In this document: in pieces, positions 21,558-33,500 of the stretch | Numbering within the stretch: position 1 is the stretch's first letter | Layout: each line of letters starts with the position of its first letter | Assembly: GCA_040954595.2 (NCBI GenBank) | Contig: CM082593.2 | Coordinates: 8,627,200 to 8,691,199, forward strand | DNA length: 64,000 bases | Direction of reading: 5' to 3' | From: Balanoglossus misakiensis | Lineage: Eukaryota; Animalia; Hemichordata | Notes under the pieces: generated by a model | Told to the model about the DNA's origin: nothing | The model's database searches: none | Seen by the model: only the letters and a program-made list of their open reading frames with translations | Translations under genes and position numbers: made by a program

Positions 21558-24500
21558 ATGGCGACTGCTGGGCCGCCTCGGCGGCTTATGGGGTCGGAAC
21601 GTTTACAAACATACAGTGACGCTATTTATGCTATTATCATCACAGTTATGGTAAGTATGTTGTTCAGTTTGATTTTAAGGAGTTGTTATGTTAAACAATT
21701 GACCTGACCTATATTTGTGATACAATAGTATACATGTAAACATAAACACTATGACGATACGTTGTATGTAGTGTACGGTGTGGGCGTGGTGGACGACTGT
21801 CGCGTCAGAACCATTATTCATGGTTTATTGGATGTGAACAGCCAGACAAGACATGTAGTTGAGAGAAGATGCGTTCCGTGCAGTGTCATCCAACAGTGAT
21901 TCAGCCCTAACCCTGCGTACAGGTCTCTGTGTTCGCGGCTTTACACGGCCTCCACCACAGGCTGTGGTGGAGGCCGTGAAACGAACATACAGACCTGTAC
22001 GCAGGGCTATTCAACCCATTCACTGTGGCTCGTGGGATCGAGTTCCGCAAGTTCGAATCTTAGCTGACACTGAAACAGTAAACTGTAAACAACAGACGTT
22101 GGGTGTGTTTCAAGGAGATATTATATTAGGCTATAGTACTACATTTAAAAAAAGTCGTCACTGTTGTGTTATGGTGTGGTGTGGTGTGTTGTGGTGTGGT
22201 TTGTTTTGTTTTGTTTGGAGGAAAGGGGGTTCAGTGATATATGGCGCATTTTCTCTATCTGGGTTGCAGCCAGGCACCTCAGTTGTTTCCAATGAGTTCT
22301 TCAATTATAACATCACAAATTGCATGTACTGAATCAGAGGTATATTGTCATTGAATCTATAGAGTAATAGATTAGAAAAGTAAAGGTACAGTGTACATAG
22401 TTTGGGCTGAGAAAATGCATCTTCCACAACTTTTCCTTAATTTTAACTACATTGCAATACCACCTGACTGTTCTCAAAATATCGATATCTAAATACTCAA
22501 AAAAAAATTCTGTTACTCCAATTATTGAATTATCCAATAAGAAAATTATTGTACATAATTTGTGATGATCCTGTAATTCACTAGTAATTGTCTGATCAAA
22601 TATCGGGCCTTGTTTAGAATAGTCCATTAATTTGGCTTTCAATGATATCCAATAAGCGTCTCCTGTCAGTGGCTGAAGTTTGTACAAATTTGTGCACTCC
22701 CACTGAATAATCTAGGAGCTTTCTATTTTGGATGATGTCACATGTAAAAATCCTCACATAGCAGAACAGCGATCCATAACGGGTACTACATGATAGCTGT
22801 CATTACACTTTTTGAACTTTATCAAGAGCTCTTGAAGATTCTGCTTGCATCTCAGGCAATGTATACATTTCTTCTAGTGCAACCACCAATCTGATTAAAA
22901 ACAGAACAGCCAAGAATCAGCAAAAGTAAAGATGGTGCCTAACTCTACATCTGATTGACAAATTCACATGATCCATGTTCATCCAGAAATATAACAGAAA
23001 TATACTATTTTGCCCTCTTGCAGGTTGTACCCCTGGTAGAATCAGTGGAAAAGTTCGATGCCGATGAGGTCAGTGTTGTTCATGTGATTTACAATTTTTT
23101 CGTTTATGCGTTCTTTTAATTAGTTTTAATTGTTCTGATGTTTCTACCATAGAAAAAGTGATATTTGGGGACTGCAAGAAAAATGCTGATTGAGCGTTTT
23201 TCTTGCCTCGGGGGCAGTGTCATCCACAAGCAATACAGGTACACTGTACTGCCTGACACAATCACCTGTTTGCATTTGAAGTGTACATGTAGTTACTTGT
23301 AGACATTGTTTTGTTGAATGTAAAACAAAATAAAACATACAAGGTGCTATGTTGACTGTGGTTCAATATGAAACAGTGGATTTCTTTCTATATCATGTAC
23401 TCTTGTTGGGTACTGTATATTGATAGTTGATTATAGACACACATTACAGCATATTTCTTCTGACTGTGAATTGAATAGATTGGTGATAGCCAAAGCAACC
23501 ATGCGTTTGTATAGAGCAAGCTTCTTACGTCACATTGCGTCACAATTGTAAAACGACAATGAATACAGTGTTTTGTCTAGGACACCACAGAAAAGCGGCG
23601 ACGATCCATTGAGTTCAGAGGAGATGGGAATTATTTAGCATTGACTTGTGAATGTCTACAGGAATAATAGAATCTCACACTCTCACTCCCAAGGACCTGG
23701 GATCATATTTCTCATACTCGTTGGGGATTTTCTGTCCCCCAAAAATCCCCAACTTGTGTGAGAAATATGATCCCAGGTCCTTGGGAGTGTGAGATTCTAT
23801 TAATCTGCACCATTTGTAACTGTAAATGTGATTTATCCATTGTCCATTAAATATTGCCTTGAAAATAACCACTCAGATCAATGTTTATGTTTGACATGGC
23901 TTTAGACTGGGCACAAACTGGTGATTACAGTAAAATAACATATGTTTATGGTCTCCTTGACTCTATTTTAGGGAAACATTTGTCTTCACTCGACCCCATG
24001 TAATTGATATTTCTTTGAAATTGGCCATTTAGAGCAGGCCATTTTTTTATTTGACATTGAGAGCTTGGAAGCTTCGTTATGCCATGAATTCCATATGCAG
24101 TGTTTGACATGTGGGGGTGTCATCATGATTTAATTTGCCAAAATTTGGCAAATTAAACCATGAAATGAAGCCATTTGCAAAGCACAGCTGTCAAACATTG
24201 TAAGCGTACAAACAACATATCCTCACTCTATCCAAACATAAAAATGGGGAAGGAAGTTTTACATAAATTCCTTCATGACATGCACACATTTTTCGGTGTG
24301 TTTCCTTAAAAAGTTCATTATTTTGATAATAAAACTAGATTTATTGACATCATTTCCATAAAGGTGAATATAGTCAGAATTTAAAATGACAAAACTGGCT
24401 ATAACTTTATATTTGATAGAATTATGTACTTAGAAAACAGTAGCATGAGGAGTGCAAGAAAAGTGCTGACTCAGCATTGCCCACAAGGTTTTAGACCATC

Positions 24501-27500
24501 TTATTGAAAAAAAGTTGCATAGGAACACCAAATTTCTTTCGATTTTTGTTTTAAAAAGTCATTGATATACAATAATATTTTAAAAACAAGAAAATTACAA
24601 TATTTTAAATAAGGAAAATTAAGTGCATACATCCTTAATCGCAATGAATTCTTGATTGTGTAATCACGTAGCTGTGGAGCAAAGAAAATTGGTCGAGAAA
24701 AATCAGTCCAATAAGAATTTCTTGTCAGAACAGATTGCTTCTAATTACATACAGTTGAATTTCATATTCATGATCCCCTTTTCCTGTTCCTGCAGGATTT
24801 ACTTCAGACATTTGAGGGAATCTATGTCAAGATCATTGTTTACATGGTGGCGTTTTTAATTATCTATACTTTCTGGGAAGGTCACGTTTGGTAAGTCTAT
24901 CTCTGAATGATCATCATACTGTTGCTATAGTTACCAGTCATTCCACAACTTTTATTCTCTAAGAGAATTTGTGCACAAACAAAAACATTTACATTTGTAT
25001 CTTAAACACACACACACACAATGCAATGTTCTTTTATTTGAAAAAAGCCATTAGCAATCACCATGAGAAATTCACAATCTCCTTGGGGCTGACCAGTTCC
25101 TCAACATTTTCAGTGCATTACATAGCCAAGCGTGATTATTCAAAAAAACAAGCTGAGCTATTAATTCATGTTGATCAGACATCGATTGTTCAAATGTGGT
25201 GACTGGGTCCTACAACTGGGACGAAAGTTATTCCATATTTGGTGATTTCCTTGAGAATGTGATGCACTCTCTCTCTTCAATGATAGTGCAAATGGATGAA
25301 AATTGCACTGAGCCAAACTCAATTGGTGATTATTTCTTTGAATGAGTATTTTATCAACACAAAAATATTCATTTTGATGAAACATTGTGCAGCTCACAGT
25401 GGAGACTAGTTGCATTGAAAGACAATAATGAGTTTCATGACAATTGATTGCTAAATGCAGGTTCAAGTCTTTTTAAACCATGTGTAAGCACATTCAATTC
25501 ATATCTGGTTATTTTCGGTGAAAAACTCCACTTCTCGGAAATTACTTGTCTGATTGCTTTGGAGTTTGGTTTGCATGGTCCTGGGTGAACTTGTTATTAT
25601 GATGTACCAAAATTATCCCAAATTATCAATAGTGTTGTACAAGTTGGCTGATGCATGTGTCAGTTTCTCATTTTATAGTTAATTATGATATCATGGTTTT
25701 ATGCTTTGTAAATGAAAAATTCCACAAAACCATACATACTACTGAGAATTATGCATAAATGTAGGAAAGCTTGATCTTATGTGAATAAAATTGTTCTCTT
25801 TTCTCTTGTAGGATTTTTCAATGCATTGATTATGTCGGTGATACAGTCGTGTTGACAAATCTGGTAAGTTTAATTATGTACCGGTATGATACATCATCAA
25901 GTGTATCTGTCTTTAAACAGACATCACCATTTATCACTTGTGTACAGCTGTATTGTTGTCATGGACAGATAAAATGAATGCCTATAATAAAGCAAACCGA
26001 TTGCAGCTCATGTCTGTGAATGAATCCAAGTATTGATACAGAACAGTGACAGCAGCTGTACCTGATTTTATTAACAATTTTTGGTTGATATGTTTGCAAA
26101 GATTCTCAAAATGTAAATAGTAAGAGATATTAATTATGTCTAGTACAACTTCAGGATGTAAGTTCAGTAAAAATTGAAAATATTTTCATTTCTTTGAATT
26201 GTTGATTTTTAGATTATCCTGTGTATGTATGAAAATCTGTGATAAAATATAGGGGTCACCACGCTTGTTTTTGAAATACAGAGTCATGAATTTTGTCGAT
26301 AATAATTGGAAACTGCTGACTCAGCATTTTTCACCAATGGTTTGTCTATGGGCAAAAATTTTCACGAAATTTATCTCAAAATAGAGCGTGGTGACCACAC
26401 GATTTTATTCGATCAATGAATTTATGTTTACTTGACCGAGCTAGGTGTAAAATTTTGTGAAAATGACAATAGTAGAAGTTTGTTTTCTATCAATCATCAA
26501 TGTAATCCTATGGGAAAAAGACACACGTGCACTGGTTATCAGTTTATGTTCTGCACGTACATCCTTAAATGCACAGCCGATTATTATAGGTTACTGAAAA
26601 CATAATTAGAAATAAAATTATTCTTTTGAGTAAACTCACTTATGTTCAGTAGATGAACAGGTATTTTATGTTGGTATGATGTTTGTTTTGATATATTTTT
26701 GTGCTGTCTGTGAACATTTTGTTTGCTGGTCAACCTTCATATGTAACCCAATACCTGCCACTGTTTAAAGAGCAACCATCAAAAGCTATTTTTGGATTCA
26801 TAAACTGAATGTGCCTGTTTGAGGTCATCCTGTGAAAACAAAATGGTTGTTGATTGAGAATTTTCAGTTTTAGACCAATATCTAAATAGTCCCACAGTCA
26901 ATGATATCATGGCAGATACTAGTAGTTATTTTTGAGGAAGGTCAAAAATTCAAACCACAAATCTGCTGAATTTTTAGTGTACCAGGGGGATTGTAGTTTG
27001 CGCATTGCCATACAGGTTTTTGCCAAAAGTATATGAGACTGTCTGTGTAGAATTTGAATGAATTACAGAAATGGTGGTTGAGATCAAGCATGTATCGACA
27101 AACTGGTTCTGTGATTATAATTTACATGTATTGAATCAATGATCAGAATATACTAGTATCCTAATTTCACGTTTTATTTTGCAGGTAATGCTGATGGTCA
27201 TTACATTTTTACCATACACAGTAAGTGTGATAATGTAAGATGAATTAAATATCGTGCCAATTGTACAGAAGATAGCTTGTGATTTGCCTGATCAGAGTGC
27301 AAATTATGAAACAAAATTATGGGTGTTTACTTTGTTTGAAAAAATGTCATCATTCTCTTGATATAAAAATAACATAGATATTATATAAGTTCCAATTTTG
27401 AATATGGAAAATTTCAGATAAAGACTTATCTGTCTAGCAAAAAGTTGATTTCTATTCATGATTTGACCGGGGAAATGGTTCAAAGTTAACATATATTGGC

Positions 27501-30500
27501 AATGTTGAAGATCAGTTATAAGGTTCAACTGGATATACACTGTATCATAATGATAAGAGGTTAATGTGTGAATAATTAAAACATGTGCATGCAGGTTAAC
27601 TCAATCTCCTCATTAAGGGAAGAAGGGGTTACAGGCTGTATTTTGAAAACTGTATGTAAATTTCACTAAGTTTTTGGGGAAGCTTTTCACATAAATACTG
27701 TATCAGAATGTTGATGGCGACACAGATGTGCCAGTATGTCAAAGTTCATTTAGCATTCTTTATTACATTTTCACACTTCCCAAAACTTCAAAAACATGTA
27801 TGTGACAGAGGCAGGAGGTTTGAGGTCGAACTCTAATGCAGTGAGTTATAAAAATTATAGTGAGTTCTTATTTTACAACAATTATTACCCCTGGTCATTG
27901 CACCTAAATTAATTCCTTTCAACTCCTTGGGGAGCAAACAACAGCTCACATGTGCAGCCATAAGCGCAGCAGAGCTAAACACACACATTGCAATCTCTGT
28001 CCTACCAGGTACTCTGTCCTACCATTACTCCTGGGTGGGGAGAAGCAATGAGAAGTAAATTTGCCTTGCTCAAGGACACGACACCACAGCCATGCCGGGG
28101 CTTGAACCTTCAATCATGAGTCCCATGCTCTAACCACTGAGCCATGATGGAGGTGCATCTGCGTGTTTTCATTAATTTTTCCCTAAAATGTCTGCAAAAC
28201 ATCACTGAAAAATTGCACATGTTCAGGTATTTTTCAGTGATCATCAGGCAATTAGCACTCAGTCTCACTGTGGCACACATCATCTTTCTATTTATGGTAT
28301 CCTTAAACCAAAACACTTTTTGATTAGTCAGTGGGCCAGTGATGGTCTGTTTGTCCACAGAGAACATGATTCACCCAGAAAGAAATGTATTGAATAGTGA
28401 TTGTCACTGGAATTAAACTGTTAATAATTAAAGCATTTCACTGAAAAAAAAGAAAAAAAAAAGATCTGCTACATCAATGTACATCCAATCTGATTAAAAT
28501 CAGATGTTGGGAACGGCGACGTGTTTTTTTTTCCCTACGTCTAATTTTAATCAGATTGATGTACATCATGGCAAAAGATAGATTGTATTGCCATCACATG
28601 GAATGACGATTGGAATTTCTTCTTATATTGGAGTGCGTGTGCCAATGGCATGTTAAAATTAAAAGAGAAAGGTTGCTCAGCAGGAGATGCAAGGATGTCA
28701 TGCTGAGGCGGAAATATTAACTGTGGGAAATGTATAATAACATAGTCACACATGTGTGTATGTGTTTTTGCAATGCTTCCTTAATTATTGAATCCATTTT
28801 TTTTGTGTCCACAGATCACTCTTCTTGCTGAGCATATTGAAGAAAGTTTTAGTATTCTTTTATTTTGCAGTACGCTTCTAATCATTTCACTGCTAGAGGT
28901 GCGTACCCATTTCTTATTCATGATAGTGTGCTTCAACTAATCTCATTGATGAACCAGTGCTAGTACATGTATGTGTGCAAAGTAGAACAGTATTAAACCG
29001 CCCCAACATGTGTTTCTGACATACTAGTATATTATCACAAAGTTCCATTGATGCAACAGGAAATATGACCCAGCAAAAAACATTTCCCTTCAAATTCTCA
29101 TTTTCCCATATTACACAAGGTTTCGACTGATGACATTTTATGTATAAAAGTCTCAGTCACAATTTCAGTGCGAAACCACCACTTGATTTGTGCATTATTG
29201 AGCCTGACCCCAGCAAAGTTGCAGACCTTTAACCCCTTCAACCCCCCAGTTCCCTCTTTAGAGGTCCAACCTTACCATAGAAAACAATGGGTTTGGACTT
29301 CAGGGACCATTCAGTTCGGGGGGGGGGGGGGGGGGACTGGGCGGCCAAATCCAGGGGGGGTCACTTAAATTTTGAAGTCCACAAAGGAGGGGGGGGGGGG
29401 GTCATCTGTTTTTTTTAAACGTTTAGGGGGGGTCACAAACTTTTGCCACCAAACTTTTGCTTTTGAGTCCACAAAATTGCAGTTTCGCGCCCTTTATTTT
29501 ACAAAATTTTCTAATTTTCAAAATTTTCTTACTCATCATATTTTTGGGTCTGTCAAAGGGGGGGTCATCGTTTTTTGGTCCTGGGTGAAGGGGGGGTCGG
29601 CCTGATTTTGAGAACCGATGACACAAACTTGCCGGCCCCCCCCCCCCTGCCGTAAAAACTGAACGGTCCCTAACCATGGTGGTGAAAGGGTTAAATTTTC
29701 ATTTTCCAGTTGCATCAGTGCAGGGCTGCACAATCACTGGCTGATTTGAGAGCCTGTGCAATGTAATCATCTTAGTCAAAATGCTATTTTTTGTCTATCA
29801 ATCCAGGTAAGAAGTTCTCTAACATTCTCGATAGGAGATAAATTTTGTTAGCTTGTTGAAAGAAGTATTGAATGTTGACATATCTTTTCACTGTCTCTAG
29901 TCATGAGGTGAAGCTAGTTGCCTGCGCCTACTTACAGATCATTTTAGTGATGGCATTCTTACAACGAAGGAGAACTCAAGAGTCGTTCTTCAGTTATTCT
30001 ATCGATTGTCACCTGTTTGTCACATTTTCTGTGTCGTAATATGGTATAATATAAACTGATATAAATTTTTCCTATTGCCAGATGTTTATTGTATTCCTGT
30101 CTCTGTGCAAACCGAAAATGGTCAAAGAAGAACTGCGTGAGAGCGGTCAGTTTGTAAGTCACATTTATTGTACTTGTTTCTGAATGAAGTGTATAGAACT
30201 ATCAGTCACTTTGCCGAAGCGATAATTACAGTTTCCCTCCACCAGCTATCACTACATTTTAGCAAAACAGTGTTTTTGTTAATGGCGGTACTAAGCTAAA
30301 ATCTACTGGAGTTCCCCTGGGTGTATCAATGTAGTTATATTAGGGGGTTGTAGGAATGTTACCGGGGTTCCCAAATCCATTACCAATGTTCCCCAACCTT
30401 AGCAAAAACACTGTAAAGACCAAACAATTATTGCACTTGTTTAGGAAAGTAAATGCAAACAGTGCTGAGGATGTGCTGATTGAGGTACAGTTACAAAACA

Positions 30501-33500
30501 AGATCGACTGCTCAGCATACAGACAATCAACTAACCACACAGAACAAAATCGAATGAGATACATGGACCCTAGCCCTGCTTACAGATCTGTGCGGTCCCA
30601 GCGGTTACATGTTGGCCTCCACCACAGCCCTGCAACGCTCCATAGACCAAACTGCTGCGGTCTGGATCCAGACTGCAGCTCTTCAGCGGAAATTCAGTCA
30701 ATAAATCTGTGATAAAAGGAGATTGTTCTAACATTTTGAATTTTTTCTCACAGGCTTTTCTGAGAGGCAGTATTGTGATAACATTAGTTGTTCGGATGCT
30801 GCTTATTGTTTTGGCTGGTGGTCTTAGTTTTGTCAACATCTATGCAGTAAGTATCTTATAGTTTTCACTATTTAGAGTATTCTACGATATCAAATGACGT
30901 CAGACACGCTCAGGTGGCAGTTGCGTTAGCATTCAAAATTCCAGATGACGGGCACCTTCAATAAAGTGAGCCAGACAAAGAAGGTGCAGACGAATCTTCA
31001 TGAGGCTGATAAGGCACCATACCTGATATATGTTACGTGTTTGGCGGTTCTAAAGTAAAAACATACTCGGAAATACTTTTACTGGATGCCGAAATATTGC
31101 TTGCCCGTCATCTGGAAATGACAACGCCGTGGGTCACATGGCCAGATCACGTGATTGATAGTAAAGAATTTGATGTATGCTGTGTGTGGTCAAATTTTCA
31201 GATTTCATTTATAGTTTGGATTAACACTGGTGATACAAAAAAGGGTGCAGTTTGAGCTTGCATTTGAGGATGTAAGATTGGTAAAATTGAAAGTATTGTT
31301 ATTTCTTTTAATTGTGGATTTCTGGCTGGAATAAGCATATTACAAATCCGTATAATATATAGGGGTCACCATGTTTGTTTTCGAAATACAGAGCAGTGGA
31401 TTTCTTAGTCGATACTTGAAGAAAACTGCTGAGTCAGCATTTTGTGCCAGTGGGCAAAACATTTATCATTTGAAGTTTGTCTCAAAATAGAGTGTGGTTG
31501 TTGTTTTTTGTCCGGCATAACTATTGTCAGAGAAAGATATCAGTGTGTATGCAAGGACATTGTCTGCAGGGAATTAACAAACACCATATATTGAGAATCA
31601 TCTTCGTATTAACATATACCGGTACGAAGTAGGCATTTTTCGGGGAACAACAAACAAATAAATAAACAAACAAATACATAAATAAATAAAATGTGTCAAA
31701 GGTCCCGCCCATTATTCTCTAAATTTACTTATACAGATGGGACCTTTGACACAAGCCACTTCTTGTGTCAGCTCGAGCGGGCGGCTCAATTCAAGACACT
31801 GCGTTGTTTATCATGATGGTGGTTGTTTGTTTGTTTGTTTCCCCCCAAAACTGCCTACTTCGCCTGTGGTATATCATCAAGAGGTGCAGTGTACAAAAAA
31901 AAACATATACCATATGTAGTTCCATGCAAGTACCAGAACTTGTAGAACACATTTAAGTATGAAACACATCTTTTGAAGTTGTTATGTTGATGAATACACT
32001 CTAATAAGTGTCATGGGTTAGTACAACTTATTGGTACGAGATGATTTACCATGCAGACTTTGTGAATTGAATGTTCACTTTGTATTTCATCTTTTTCAGT
32101 CGTGGGCTGCGTCTATTGCCATCCTTTTCAGTAACACCATCTCTGCTGGCATCTGTGCCATATACAAACAGTGTCAAGGTAAGGATTAGAGGAACATTAG
32201 CTGTAACTTTGAAGCTTTACTTGCACTATTTTGTTCTTTGTTTCAAATGCAGTTACTTGATCTACTCTAAACAGAATGCTAATATGCATTTGGTACACAG
32301 AACAAAAGGACTGGAAATAAAGCCAAAAGTTACAGCTGAGCTTTCAAAATTGCAAATGAATTGAACTTGAAGTGTCTATCTACAGGTATACCATATTTCA
32401 TGTCATATTCATTAAAAACTGAAAAATAATAATAATAATAATATTTAATTCTTAAAAAAGCGCTTTCAATGTAAAAAGACACCCCAAAGCCTTGTACATA
32501 GCTGCTTAAAAATACAAAGACAAAAAAATGCTAAAAATGTATAATAAAAAAAAAATAGACAATGGTTAAAAATGGATAAAAAAAGTCATTCCCTGAATAA
32601 AAACGTTTTAAGGTTTGATTGAAAAAGATTAAAATTCTCACTGCTACGGAGTGGAACTGGTAGCTTATTGCACAACCATGGTGCTCCTGTAGAGAATGAC
32701 CTGTCACCATAAAAGACTGTGTTGAAAAGATATTGGAAACAGACTCTTGTTTCTGTTTTGAAGCAAATCTCTGGCTAGGTTCTTTACACCCCTACATTGT
32801 ATGTTTTCACAGCTGATGAAGAAGATCATCATGGAAGTTGTGGTAAATACCTGTGTCACAGATTATTTGGTGAAAAATTTCACAAGGGCAGAGTTGAAGG
32901 TAAAGACACCCTGAAATAGTAATAGCCTTCTTGATAATACATGCACATGACAGAAGTCATGCAACATATCTGTTGAGTAGGATAAGCTGCATTTATTTGC
33001 AAAAAAAAATGTTTCAAACTAAATTTCAGAATTTGTGATCAATTTTTCAAATTTAATTTTAATTTTAGATTGTCTTCTACAGATATAGGTGATTTACTTT
33101 TTTAGTTAGAGCCAATTCCTGCCATCTACCATACAGCCACTATACATTAGTCTCTTGATATTTCATCATCCATGATAAATTTTCTTTCTATTTAAACAGC
33201 TTTCAGTGATGGGGTGTTTTCCATTGTTGCAACTTTGATCATCTTAGATATCTGGTGAGTTTTTACTGGCATTTCTTCAAATTCTTGTTTGTGAACTTTA
33301 CATCTTTGAGATTTCCTATCGGGCCTGAATTGAACTCAACAGAGTAGAATTATTTTTTGTACACAATCCCTTGAATCCGTACTTTTGCTAGAGGGCATTA
33401 AAGGTATACGGTCACCTATGGAAATATAGCTGCAGTTACCATGGTAAACTTGAGATCTAGCCAATCACTGATTTTCAGTAGGTGGCACACGCGAAAAAAT

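Noticed and set aside
28090-28150. tRNA gene
   Set aside because: A and B boxes are present but there is no full cloverleaf; it is a SINE head.
29938-30010. Alternative TMEM175 exon (IILVMAFLQRR...)
   Set aside because: Weak pyrimidine tract and no good donor; 30082-30153 fits frame and homology.
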